This document shows, in pieces, positions 37,527-48,902 of a DNA stretch of 64,000 nt. The notes under the pieces are model-generated. The model was not told the origin of the DNA. It searched no databases and worked only from the letters and a program-made list of their open reading frames with translations. The first letter of the stretch is position 1. The number at the start of each line of letters is the position of its first letter. Both the position numbers and the translations under genes were made by a program. Origin of the DNA: a virus. The stretch is from IMG/VR virus record IMGVR_UViG_3300014325_000011, positions 51,126-115,125 of that record. One strand, given 5' to 3'.

Positions 37527-37650
37527 TCGGGGTGGCCGGACTCGAACCGGCGACCGGGCCGCCTGCCACACGTCGACCATCTCGCGCGCGCTCCAGTCGA
37601 CGTCGGGATTCGAACCCTGGCGCTCCACCCAGCCTTTGCCTTTCACCCCA
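37527..37650 (-). ncRNA. Degenerate tRNA-like element with two T-arm motifs
   Basis: GGGGTG...CACCCC acceptor-like pairing; GCCGG-TTCGAGT-CCGGC T-arm and an inner GGG-TTCGAAT-CCC; no clear D or anticodon arm. Confidence 0.35.
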
Positions 37651-39569
37651 TGTCCGATTCTGCCAGCCAGATCTCCGCCTTGTGATGCTCACAGTCGCAG
37701 CGAGTGTCGCAGGTCCGCCACCATGCCTGGCCGAAGTGTCGTTGACCAGTCGGGTAGTAGCGCCACTCGTAGCAGTCCAGGCAGGTTCCGTCGTCGGGCG
37801 GGAGGATGCCGCGCTCGCGCTCCACAGCGGTCTCGTTCCGCTCGACCGCTCGGGCGGCCATCCGGGCTTCCCAGGTGTCAGGCATCCTCGCCGGTCTCCC
37901 CGTGGATCGCATCCCACATACCCATGACGACGTCCCACCGCCGCTCGATCGTGCCGGGAACATGCTGCGGGTTCGAGCAGCGCCAGTCGACGTACGGAAC
38001 ACCGTCCTCGCCAACCCCAGTGAACGACTCCCGGGGGGCACCGCAGCCCACGCAGAAGCCGTACAGGGTGATGTTCCGCCAGTCGGCGGCGGTCCAGGTC
38101 GACCGGTCGGCGCTAGCCACAACCAACCTCCCGCCGGCAGCGTGAACACAGATGCCGCGCCCGCCGTCGCACCATCACCGCCTTGTCGTCGAACTGTGCG
38201 CCGCACACGGTGACCACGGGGCCGCTGGGAATCGTGTTCCAGCCGGCCGGTTCGGGTGGCGGGTCGGCGATCAGGCTGAGGTGTAGCTGCTGTTCGAGAC
38301 GGCCGCGGAGCACGGCCCGAAGCTGGTCAGGCATCGTCGCCCAGCAGCCCGGCGAGCTTTCCGTGGGCCTCGGCTATCCAGTCGCGCCTGTACCAAGCGG
38401 TCGAGTAGGGCTCCAGGGTGCCGTCGTCGAGCGCTTCGGGATCGGTCGCGGCAGCCAGTTCCTTCGCCGCAGCTTCGATGGCCAGTAGCCGGCCGATCGG
38501 ACCGTACTCGACTCCGACCTTGTGGCCGCCACCCGTACAGGGACTGTCATCGTCGTCGGGCACTATCAGGTCGTCGTAGTGGTCGACAGCGAACCAGTCG
38601 CCGCAGTGCTCGCACCAGTGGCGGTCGTCGACTGTCATGGCCGACCTGGGATCGCCGAGACGAGAAACGACTTCACTCCACCCGCGCCCACCAGCCGCCG
38701 GCCGCCTGACAGATGTAGCGGCCCCTCATACTCGCCTGGCGGCAGGTAGACGGTCACACCCTCTGGGGTGCTGTCGACGAACTCTTGGAGCGACATGCCG
38801 GGGCGGATGACGGCCGGCGTCTCGGTGAACCGCGGTCGCGTCGATCGCGGTTGGCCGGCTCCAGCCCACATTGCAGTGGTCCAGTCGAGCACCTCGGCGC
38901 GGGTGTGTTCGTAGAGCTGGCGCAGGTCGTCAGTCATCGTGGGTATCCCTTCGCTGCTCTCGGCGCCACGCCTAGCCCTCCCGACGTCGGGTTACACGGC
39001 AGGCCATCCTGCCCCACTGGCGGGCGTTGCGCTTCCCATGATGGGTGCCGTGGTTCGGGACGCCCGGGGGAGTCTCGCCATATGGGTCGAACATCGACTG
39101 GTGGGAGCGGGACAGCATCGGACCTTTCACCATTGCTCCGCCTTCCAGAACCTGTCTTCCCGTCGCCGTGCCCACCGTCGCCAGAACCGGCCGTCAGCCG
39201 CTCGAACCTGCGGCTTGCAACGCCGGCCATGAGACCGGGGGTGGTGGATGTGCTCGTCGCCGGGGTCGTCCGTAGTCAGCTTCGACCGGGCGAGCATCGG
39301 ACCGTCAGTCATCGGATCGGAACGTGACGTGCTGCGGCTTGTTTCTCTCCACCGACAGGACCAGTACGCCTCCGAAGCCCGGCGGCTGATTGAGGACGGC
39401 GTGGGTGCCTTCCACGCCAGCCCGGCGAATCGGCCGCAAGAACTGCGGGCGGGCGGGTGCCCCGCTGTCCTCGCGGAGAACGGCGACGATCGGCGTGTCC
39501 GGCCCCCACGTGTCGAGCAGGACGCTGGTGGCCTCGGCAAGGTCTCCGAGAGTCAGTGGTGCGCCATTC

Positions 39570-39878
39570 TCAGCCATCGTTTCTCCCTCGGTAGCGGACC
39601 GCGAACCCGGGCAAGCCCAGTCCGAAATCCGGGTCGGACGATGCGGGCCGCAGTGGGGCGCGTAGCTCGGTCTCGTCAGGCGAGCACATCGGCCGACCCT
39701 GCGACAGGCCAGCTTGGACGCCGACCCAGCGGAACGGCTCGTCGCACTGTGCGCAGGACACCCGGATGTCGGCGGCATACCCGGTCACCGGGCCGCCATC
39801 GGTGGCGGTCAGACGGTTGACGTCAACGAAGGCGTTGAAGTCCTCATGCGGGCAGGGAAGGTCAGCATTGGCGGTCAT
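39570..39878 (-). CDS. Phage hypothetical protein
   Basis: CPHEDF.A.VDVNRL...Y.ADIRV.C.QC..PF.W.G...ELRAPL; one of many tiled small ORFs at 37.6-42.2 kb. Confidence 0.6.
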   Translation of the reverse strand: MTANADLPCPHEDFNAFVDVNRLTATDGGPVTGYAADIRVSCAQCDEPFRWVGVQAGLSQGRPMCSPDETELRAPLRPASSDPDFGLGLPGFAVRYRGRNDG

Positions 39879-42194
39879 GGGTTCCTTCCTTCGCTACCGC
39901 GCGGTGCGCCTTGTGGCGTTCGATCGCCGCAGCGAGCAGGTCGACCAGCGCCGGGTCCAGTTCGTCCGCGTCCAGGCGGACACAGACCGCATTGACGAGC
40001 TGATGGGGTGTCACGAGTCCTCCCAGTGCGATCCGACGATGGTTCGCGGTTGGCCGTCGGGGGCGACCAGGTCGACATGCTGGCCGGTGCCGTCGGACAT
40101 GGTGATGACCAGCGTGAAGGCGCCCATGGCCGCCCGTTCCAAATGGACCATGGTGATCGTCGTCGAATCGGACGGGCGGACGACGATCTCGTCGAGGCCG
40201 CCGCCGTCCTCCCCGATGTGACCCCACGGCAGGTCTCGGCTGACGAACGCGGCCGACCCTTTGCAGACGCCGTCTGGGGGTGGCGGTCCGGGCTGGCCGT
40301 AGGCCGTGTCCGTGGCGGCACAGTCCAGGCAGTGCCAGGTTTCGTCGTCCTCATCCCAGTGCCAGCGGTGGCCGGTCACGGCAGCGCCTCCCGAAGCGCG
40401 TCAACCAGCCAGTAGGCGCCCTCTGTGGTCGTCAACGCACTCCACACGGCGGCCATCACCTCATGGTCGGTGTCCCGCCGGGCGTACTCGACTTCCCGCT
40501 GGGCGGGGGAACTGAACGGGTTGCAGCCCGCGTCGTAGTGGCCGAGACAGCGCTCACAGACGTAGCCGACCCCCTTCGACTTCGCGAAGCACAGCGGCAA
40601 CTCGCAGCATTCACAGTGGAAGCGGGCGATCGGCGGGCGGATGCCCCGCGGGCGACCCTCAACTGGGCCGATCAGGCGCTGCACGTCAACCGGATGCTCA
40701 TGGGCGAACGCGACCCGCTCGTCCATGGTCCAGCCGACGCCGCTACGGGTGGAGAGGATGCCGCAGACGTCGCAGCACAACTGCCACACCTTCTCGTCGG
40801 GATTCATCGCGCATCCTCGGTTTCGACCGCACGCCCGGACGGCCCCAACTGGAAGGTGCTCAGCACCGGGTCTCCGTCCATCAGCCGACGCTGATGTGGA
40901 ATCTGTGCCTCGCAGAACCGTTCGGCCTCGGCTCGGTCGCGGAACAGGTCGACGGACACGTAGTACGGGTCTCGGCCGGTACAGACCGTGTAGACGGTCA
41001 CGGTCTGGTTGCGGCGGGCTGCACGCCAGCCGAGCGCGAACCCGAAGACGACGAAGACCGCGGCGATGGTGGCAGTCATTCGCGCACTCCAGCGGGTGGT
41101 GGGACAGCGCGAAGTGACCCGGACACCCTGCGCCCGTCGGGCCACCATGAGCGGAATGTGCCCTCCCAGAGAAACGGGGGCACCATCGCGGCGTCCGCAT
41201 CAAACACAGGATCGGGCTTACGTCCACACCACGCCACAGCGTCCTCTGCGTACTCGTCACGTGTCGTCATCGACCCGTGAGACCAGTAGGTCACCCGATC
41301 GGGTTCGGCGGACACCCGCCAGCCACCCGAACAGCCGCAGGTGCAGCCGTCGAGCAGCCAGCGACGGTCGAGGCGGGCGGCTTTCGCCAACACGACCTTC
41401 TCGGGGACTTCGATATCGCCGCCACGGTCACGGATCATCCAGTTGAGGACGCGGCCAACCTCGAACCGGGACACTGACCATCCGCCGCGCGGGGGAGCCG
41501 AGAAGAAGTCGGTCTGCACGCTACTGGCGCCCATCTGGGCGAAGAACGGGCGGAGCTGGTCGACGGGGTTGCCCTGGGCAAGCTGGGCGATTCTGACCGC
41601 GTCGACGAACACCACGTCCGGGATGTGCTTGGCCTGCACCCGACCGGTGCTCACCGGTCCGGCTCCAGTGCATCGGCGTAGTAGGCAGCGCGAAGCGAGG
41701 CACCCTCGGCGGTATTGCTGTCGAATGGCACCCGCCACCTGACCCGGCGACCGTGCCCGCAGAACACCTGCACCGTGCCCCCATCGCCGTCGGGGTAGCC
41801 AGACAGTGACGAGCCCACCCCCGGGCAGGTACGCAAATGGGCGGCTGCGCGCCGAGCGGTCTCCGACAACGCCCCCGGATTGGGTTCTTCGCCCCGACAG
41901 AATCGGGCCTCGATCTCCAGCAGGTCGGCGCTCACGCTGCGACCACCTTCGGCTCGTCGGCGTACCGCCACAGCACACCGCGCGGATCACGCTAGATCTC
42001 AACGGGTCGCAGCCGGCCGACCGCGGCAAGAAGCTGTTCGACATGCGTGACCACCTCGAACCGCGGGCCGTGGCGGGGAAAGTCGTGGTCGCGGACACAC
42101 GGGTCGAACCAGCCTTCACCGTTCGGTGCTACACCCGCGCTCTGCGCAGGGGGCGGATCGGCTGGGATCGGAGGCCGCCCGCCATACCAGCCGA

Positions 42195-42944
42195 TCATGC
42201 AGCCCTCCCCGGGGTCAGCTCGTGCAGACGGTCATGCCCAACCCGCCACGCATGGCGCATCGACCGTTCCGACCGGCGACACAGCACCAAAGGCAACTGG
42301 CCCCAGCAGACAGGGCAGGCAGGGTCCCGCCGGTCCGCGCAGCCGGAACAGAGGGCACGGCAGGACGGATACTGCTCATCGTCGTGGCACCCCTCCGGGC
42401 CGCCCATCGAGCAGTAGACATCCCCCGACTTCGGGTCCTGGACCAGTGTCCGATTCCCACACACCCCGCAGCGGGCACCGGGGGAGCGGATCGCAACAGG
42501 AGCACGCTCAAACCGCAACATGATCAGTGCTTGGGCGCGTAGCGACCGGAAATCGGCCAGCACCTCTTCGCCGAACGGATGACCCACCGTCAGGTCGGCA
42601 AGGTTCTCCAACGCCCATACGAAGGTTGGCTCCGTCTTGCCGAAGCCCTGCACCGGATGCAGCTTGCCAGCCCAGTAGATGACCTCTTCGCGGACCTTCT
42701 CCGCCAACGACAGCGCCGGGATGTCACCGGGAGCCTGCGAGTGCGGCTTCGCCTTCCGGATCGCCACATCGTCGCCCTGTAGCGGCGTGCCGAACTGGTG
42801 GTGCAGGCGGAACGCGAGCGGCGTGTCCTCACCGTCGTCGTTGTCGCCGGTCGGCTTGTAGGAGCGGTAAAAGTCCCACATCAGACCGCGAATCTCTTCC
42901 GCAATAGGGTCGAGGACCGTCACAAACTCATCATATCGCCGCAT
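42195..42944 (-). CDS. Hypothetical protein with C-terminal Zn ribbons (possible late-gene activator)
   Basis: 249 aa; CGVCGNRTL...VYC...C; activator role is inferred from position only. Confidence 0.5.
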   Translation of the reverse strand: MRRYDEFVTVLDPIAEEIRGLMWDFYRSYKPTGDNDDGEDTPLAFRLHHQFGTPLQGDDVAIRKAKPHSQAPGDIPALSLAEKVREEVIYWAGKLHPVQGFGKTEPTFVWALENLADLTVGHPFGEEVLADFRSLRAQALIMLRFERAPVAIRSPGARCGVCGNRTLVQDPKSGDVYCSMGGPEGCHDDEQYPSCRALCSGCADRRDPACPVCWGQLPLVLCRRSERSMRHAWRVGHDRLHELTPGRAA

Positions 42945-43013
42945 CCCCGCAGGTCAGACACGGCGGGCCGTCGCCGACCTTATCGATAGTCGGCCCCGAC
43001 CGCGCCCGCACAA

Positions 43014-43029
43014 TCGAACAGTCGTTCGC
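43014..43029. promoter_or_regulatory. LexA/SOS box upstream of the GIY-YIG gene
   Basis: TCGAAC-AGTC-GTTCGC (1 mismatch to consensus), 10 nt before the TAGAAT -10 at 43040. Confidence 0.7.
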
Positions 43030-43111
43030 GCTATTCCTGTAGAATTAGGGGCATAGGTTGCCCCCGCGACGCGCGAACGTCCGGGGGCGTGGCCGACTGG
43101 TTGGAGTCGAC

Positions 43112-43651
43112 ATGGAAGAGGATAAGGGCGAAGGCCCTGGCACGCCTACGACGCTGTACCGGATGTACGACGATGCGGGGACCTTGCTCTACGTCGGCAT
43201 CTCGGGCACGACCGCTACGCGACTGTCCCAGCACCGCGCTGGCAAGGACTGGTGGCACCGGGTGTCGTTCATCCGGTGCGAACACTTCGCGACCCGGTCC
43301 GACGCCGCGAAGGCCGAACTGCGGGCTATCGCTGCGGAACAGCCGGAGTTCAACAAGACCGGCGCTGTCGCCGTGCCCCACCCGCCCACGGCAGAGCAGT
43401 ACGCCGCCGTCCTCGCAAGGTACGAGGAGGCGCGTCGCGAACAGGAACGGCTGGAGGAACTCAAACGGCAGGCGCAGGCGCGGCGCGAGGCTGAGGAGGC
43501 GGCGCTGCGCGTCGAATACGCGGCGTTCGTGCATGACTGGGTAGCGGCTGGGATGCCGGAGTTCTTCCGGAACGAGCAGATGCGCGACAACCCCATCTTC
43601 AAGGGCTTCCTCGACCACCCCGTCGTGCTCGCTGTCCTTGCGGGCCAGTAG
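43112..43651 (+). CDS. GIY-YIG nuclease family protein
   Basis: LYRMYDDAGTLLYVGIS....RLSQH....WW...AE..AI..EQPEFN; GGAG RBS before ATG 43112. Confidence 0.85.
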   Translation: MEEDKGEGPGTPTTLYRMYDDAGTLLYVGISGTTATRLSQHRAGKDWWHRVSFIRCEHFATRSDAAKAELRAIAAEQPEFNKTGAVAVPHPPTAEQYAAVLARYEEARREQERLEELKRQAQARREAEEAALRVEYAAFVHDWVAAGMPEFFRNEQMRDNPIFKGFLDHPVVLAVLAGQ

Positions 43652-44701
43652 CTAGAGGCCCAGACGTCGAGCGGGGTTGGTCGCGTCGAGCGCCCGACCC
43701 CGCTGCACGTAATTGCGGGCGATCTTGACCGACTTCCACCGCCCCTGTCGCATGATCTCTCGCTCTTCGACGCCCGCCCTCGCGGCAGTCGTCGCGAAGC
43801 CAGAGCGCAACGAGTGACCCGCGAAGTCGTCGGCATCTAGCCCCGCCGCCGTCGCGCGCCGCTTCACGATGAGGGCCACACTCTGCGGCGACAGGCGACG
43901 GGGGAGGATCTGCCCCGAGCGGGCGACGGGCCGGAACGCTGGACTGACATCGTGGCCAGAGTCGGCAAGCAGGGCACACCATGCCTGCCACGCATGTACC
44001 GGGCTGGTTGCCTCCCGGTCGCCGGGCGGCAGACCGATGATGTCGCCGTCGGAACGCTGGTCGGTCTTCGACGTGGCGATCAGCACTTCTAGCCCTTCGC
44101 CTGTGTCGACGATGTTGGCCAGGTCGAGTGCGGCCAGTTCGCTGCGCCGCATTGCTCCGGCAAGGCCGAACAGCAAGATTGCGCGGTCGCGGACATCGGC
44201 CGGCTTGTCAGGGTCGAGCCCGGCCACGAGGCGAACGACGGTGGCGGTGGTGGCCGCGGTCTTTGGCGCCGAAGAGAACTCCGGGCCACGGCGCGCGATG
44301 CCTTCAAGGACGAACTGCACGGCTGCGTCGCCCGTAGGGGAGTTGTGGCCGTGGGCCTTGTGCATGACGGAGATGGAGGAGACGCGACGGAGGATCGTCG
44401 ACGTCTTCGCGGGCCTACCGCCAGTCGCCTCAGTGCCGTTGTTCGCGAGGTCGGTGACGTAGCGCCAGACGGCATCGGGGGTGGCCGGTAGAGGATCGGA
44501 CTCGTGACGCGCACACCAGCCGACGAAGTGCGCCCAGTCGGTTTCGTAGGCGCGACGCGTGTTCGGGGCCATCGACCGGTCGGCGTACTCGCGGGCCTGT
44601 GCGTCCAGCGCGGCATTGATCTCAGCGACCGAGCCGGGGACGGGGACGAGCACGCCAGCCGACACCGTTTCCAAGGTCATTACCGACCACTCTCCCGCCA
44701 T
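43652..44701 (-). CDS. Cre-like tyrosine recombinase
   Basis: APNTRRAY..DW..F..WC N-terminal domain; RDRAILL...MRRSEL, SKTDQ, GHSLRSG, GRWKS...Y catalytic set. Confidence 0.92.
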   Translation of the reverse strand: MAGEWSVMTLETVSAGVLVPVPGSVAEINAALDAQAREYADRSMAPNTRRAYETDWAHFVGWCARHESDPLPATPDAVWRYVTDLANNGTEATGGRPAKTSTILRRVSSISVMHKAHGHNSPTGDAAVQFVLEGIARRGPEFSSAPKTAATTATVVRLVAGLDPDKPADVRDRAILLFGLAGAMRRSELAALDLANIVDTGEGLEVLIATSKTDQRSDGDIIGLPPGDREATSPVHAWQAWCALLADSGHDVSPAFRPVARSGQILPRRLSPQSVALIVKRRATAAGLDADDFAGHSLRSGFATTAARAGVEEREIMRQGRWKSVKIARNYVQRGRALDATNPARRLGL

Positions 44702-45575
44702 TGATAATGGTGCGATATCGCTAGTCGATGTTGATTAGGGGGGGAGGCTCAGTCCTGCGAGCCGAGCCGTCGCATCGCCCGTTCGATGTCCCCGCTGACC
44801 CGTTCCCAGTCGCCGCGGATCGCGGCGGCATCCCGCTCGTGAAGTTCGCGGAGACTGGGTTGGGCCAGACGGCGTGGGATCGAGATCGACGCCGGAGAGA
44901 AGGTCTGCGCGACTCGCGGATGTACGTGCTGGGCGAGCCACCTACTGATCCTGTTGCGCATGGTCACTCTCCGTATCGGCGTGCAAAATGCCTGTTGGGT
45001 GAAGGGATCACGGCCCTACTTGGCCGCGCAATCTTCCCCGCCCGGCGCGCTATCGTCGTCGGCGCAGTGATCGTGAGCGCGATCCCGGGTCAGCCTCTCG
45101 ACCGACGCGGGTCCGCGAAGGCCACGCGCCATGCCAATGCGAACGTCAGCCTCACGGTCGAGGCGCTTGTTACTGACAATCTGATCCGGGTCGATCGCCC
45201 CGACTGCTTCCATCGCCTCCTCGAACCCGTCGTGCAGTGGCACCCCAAGTCGCTCGTAGAGCCGGCGCGCCAAGTTGTCCCACCGCCTGTCGCGCAGGCG
45301 CAGTCGCTTCACGTCGTCCTCAAGCTCCGCGACCCGCAGCCGCAACCTCTCATTGTCGGCGTCGAGTTGGGCGACCCTTGGCCCTTCGGCCGCATCCCGT
45401 TCGGCGACCAGTGCACGCCGCTCAGTCACCGCGGCGTCTGCCTGTCGGGCCGCCTTCTCCCTGACGGCCGCGAGTTCAGCCGCTAGGCGCACCACCTCCA
45501 TCTCGGCTTTCTCGGCCCGAACGGTCAGCACCTCCCAGTCGCGGCGCACCGTCGCAGCGGCGCCATGCTTGCCCT

Positions 45576-46175
45576 TCACAGCTGGCTCCTGTTCTTGTTG
45601 ACAACGCGTGCCGGCCGGCTTTTCGCTCGGGCCGTGGTGGTGGAAGTCGGACCCGGCGTGGACTGCATCAACCGCTCAAGGTCCCGCAGCTCGTCATAGC
45701 GGCGGCTCACCTCGGCCCGCAGGGTCTCGACGCTGGCGGCGACCCTTCCCCGGAGGGACTTCGCGCGGCGCGCCTCCTCGCGCAGCGCTTCAACCTCGGC
45801 CGCCCGCGTAGCCCTGGGTGCGCGGGCGGCCTCGATCCGGGCCTCACGTTCGCGAAGTGCCTTCTCAACGGCTTCGGCTTCGGCCTGCTGGCGCAACGCC
45901 TCGATCTCGGCTGCCTGACGCTGGGCTTCCCGTTCGCGCTGTGCCTCCTGCTCCCGCAGTTCCCTCTCGGCCGTTTCGGCGGCGGCGATGGCCGCCTTCT
46001 CGCGTTCGGCCTTCTCGCGCAATGCCTTCTCGGCGCGCTCAAGGCGCCGCTGCGCGTCGCGCCAAGCCTTCTCGGCCTTGCGCACCGACGCCTCTACCTC
46101 AGCAAGGTAGCGGTCAGATAGAGGCGCCTCAGGACGCACCCATCCGAAATTTATTTTGTGAGATAGCCGGACCAT
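45576..46175 (-). CDS. Coiled-coil protein
   Basis: E/A/R/K-rich heptads; followed by a similar ORF at 45016-45579. Confidence 0.55.
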   Translation of the reverse strand: MVRLSHKINFGWVRPEAPLSDRYLAEVEASVRKAEKAWRDAQRRLERAEKALREKAEREKAAIAAAETAERELREQEAQREREAQRQAAEIEALRQQAEAEAVEKALREREARIEAARAPRATRAAEVEALREEARRAKSLRGRVAASVETLRAEVSRRYDELRDLERLMQSTPGPTSTTTARAKSRPARVVNKNRSQL

Positions 46176-47571
46176 GTCAGCTCTCCCCCTTGGCCTCTAC
46201 ATGTGGCGGACGGCCAGCCCCTACACAGGTCGCGCCCGGTGTTATCCCGTCCGGACGCCATCCCCTGCGGTAGTCGTTCCTGATGCCAGTGACAACACCC
46301 TCCCAGCGTTCGGCACCCATTTAGATCACGCCCGATCCGGTGCAGGATGACCCGTCGTCGTTGTGCTGGGCCAACAGCACCTGGCCGCGGCGTGGACCGG
46401 TACGCGCCGGCCGGTCTGTTCCGCAGTAGGGGCAGCAGCGGTCGCCGAGAGGCTGATCCGCCTGGTGGGGTGTCGAGTCTGGGATAGGGACGCTCACGGT
46501 GTCTCCCCGTCATCCTTGGCGGCCCAGCCGAACTCGTCACAGTTCTGCCGTTGCGCCTCCGCCCGCATCTGCGCCGGGTCCATGCCGAACACCTGGGCGA
46601 TGATGACGTCCACCTCCGCGTCAGAGAAGGCGAACGGATCATCGGTCAGATGGTGGCGCCACTCCTTCTTCGCCTCCGCTTCGGCGGCGATCAGCCGGGC
46701 AGAAGCTGCGGCCAGGCGCTGGCGGGAACGTGTGACCCGGCGGTTTGCCCGCCAGAGGTAGGCGATCGCGGCGGCACAGACCAAGGCGACGCCGGCACAC
46801 CAGAGGATCAGCGTTGTCACCGGTCCAGCTCCGTTCGTACCGCATCCACAGCGGCCATCCACGCGGCGCGGGTGGTCACGGGAAGGTCGGCCCATGTGGG
46901 CATCGGAAGACCCTGCCAGTTCTTGCCGCCCGTCGAATCGCCGTACGCCGCGTAGGCAGCCTTGGCGAGATGGGCGACCGGTTCGACATCGACAGCCTCG
47001 ACAGTGCGGCGACCGCGCAGCCTGCCTACCGCCTTCTCGATGACGCAGGCGGCGACGAACAGGGCGGCGCCGAACAGGAACCCGGTCACGGTCAGCCTCC
47101 GTAGGCGGCGAGCAGCCAGCCCGGCCGCTCCGATGATTCGATGCCGAGTGTCGCCATCGCCGCGGACACCGCCTCGAACAGTGGGGCGAGACTGCCCACC
47201 TGCGGCACCGAGACCGGCCGGTTCCAGTCGGTGCGGTAGGTCGGCTTCGCGGCGAGAATCAGATGGGTGTCCGTGTCGTCGCCGTGGCGGATCAGGTCGA
47301 CCGCGAGGGCACTGTGGGCCGCGGATCGGCGCTTGTTCCAGGCATCCCAAAACTTGGGCTGTAGGGCGAAGTCCGGTTCCCGGTCGGTGAACCCGGCGAG
47401 GCGGTCGCGGAGGAAGTCGGCGATGCCGTCTTCCAACTGTGGCGGGGTGGACCAGTCGTGGTCCTCGTACAGGTCGTCGATCTCATCGAAGATGCCCCGG
47501 CGGGTCAGGAAGTAGCCGGAACCGTCGCCGAGGTTGACCCCGTAGGCGAAGATGGCGGACGGGTCGCTCAT

Positions 47572-48216
47572 TCAGACCACCTTCCGTCTGCCGCACAACT
47601 GGCACTCGAACAACTTCCGCATGCCCGTGTCGATCAGCCAGCCGCGGTCGAAGGCGCGGGGATGGGAGCAGTGGCGGCGGGTCAGCCAGCGACGGATGAT
47701 GGCCTGCCCGAACCGTCGGCTCGTCGTGGCCTTCTGCCAGCAGAGCGCCGACACGAGGGCGTCATCGACCGGGTTGTGTTCGACAAGGTTGGGCCGACCG
47801 GCGAGCTTCCTCCGGTCGGCATGCCGGTCGAAGCCAGCGACCCGGAGCGCTGTGCCCACCTCGTCGAGTGGGTACGGGCCTTCGAAGGTGCGGATGTCGT
47901 CCAGCTCGACGCAGGCGCGGAACAGGCCGGCCTCGACTGGCACACCAAAGTCGGCGATGCAGTCGTCTGAGCTGTCCTTGTGGGCTGTCCAGAAGTCCCA
48001 GAAGGCGTTCAGCAGGTCAGTGCGGTTGTCGTAGCGACACAGGTTGACCGCTGGCACCACGTTCTTGTGTACCCACGGGTCGGTCACCGCGGCCGGGTCT
48101 AGCTGGCCTTCGAAGTGTGCGGCGGTTCCGCCGTCTAGCCAGACGGCGCCGATTGCCCACACATCGCCGTACAGGCCGTCCGTCTCGGCGTCGACCGAAA
48201 AGATCTTTCGCGTCAC
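47572..48216 (-). CDS. DEDDh 3'-5' exonuclease-like protein
   Basis: FSVDAETDG (ExoI) ... HNPVDDA (ExoIII). Confidence 0.7.
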   Translation of the reverse strand: MTRKIFSVDAETDGLYGDVWAIGAVWLDGGTAAHFEGQLDPAAVTDPWVHKNVVPAVNLCRYDNRTDLLNAFWDFWTAHKDSSDDCIADFGVPVEAGLFRACVELDDIRTFEGPYPLDEVGTALRVAGFDRHADRRKLAGRPNLVEHNPVDDALVSALCWQKATTSRRFGQAIIRRWLTRRHCSHPRAFDRGWLIDTGMRKLFECQLCGRRKVV

Positions 48217-48902
48217 TGGCTCTCTCCGAACGTGTGTGCGACGCTGTTGCGGTGCATCTGCTCATCGACAGTGAGCTGGTCGTCCCGATCCGGCCCGCCG
48301 CGGTTCGCGTCATCCTCGACCGGTCCGAAGACCTCACACGAGCCCACGAACTCACCTGGGTTCAGGGACCCGATGGGTCGGAGATCGGAGTCCACTGGGA
48401 CGCGATCGGAACTGTCGAGGTCGTCAGCGACTGAACTGGCCACCGCCGCGCGGATCAGCCGGACCGCTTCCTCTCGACGGCGCACCGTCTTCTCAATCAA
48501 CGCCAGATAGGCGCCGATCACCGACGCGGCGAACAGAAGATCCGACCGGGTTTGGGTGCCGTAGCGGAGCCGCCAGCCCAACTCTGCCGCCGCGGGCGGG
48601 TTCGGCCAGATTGTGTCGTCCGGCAGGAACAGATAGCCCGTGTGGTCAGCCATCTGGCCTCTCCCCCTTCCGGGCTTCCCGTGCGGCGTCCCGCACCTCG
48701 GCTGGGCTGGCGTCGTACAAGCCCAGTTCCTCTTGGTGCCGGACCAGGTCGGCGAACGCCCGGCTCTGCCGCCGCCGTTGGCGCCAAGGCCGCTGGTGGA
48801 ACCACCGCCAACGCCACCGGTCGCAGCCGCATAGGGAACAGTCCGAACCGCGGCGGTAGTGCTCGTGTGAACGGCTGTGGCCGCAGACACAGCGAAGAAC
48901 GA

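Noticed and set aside
37527-37650. Functional tRNA or tmRNA
   Set aside because: No D-arm, anticodon arm, CCA end or tag ORF; kept only as a tRNA-like element.
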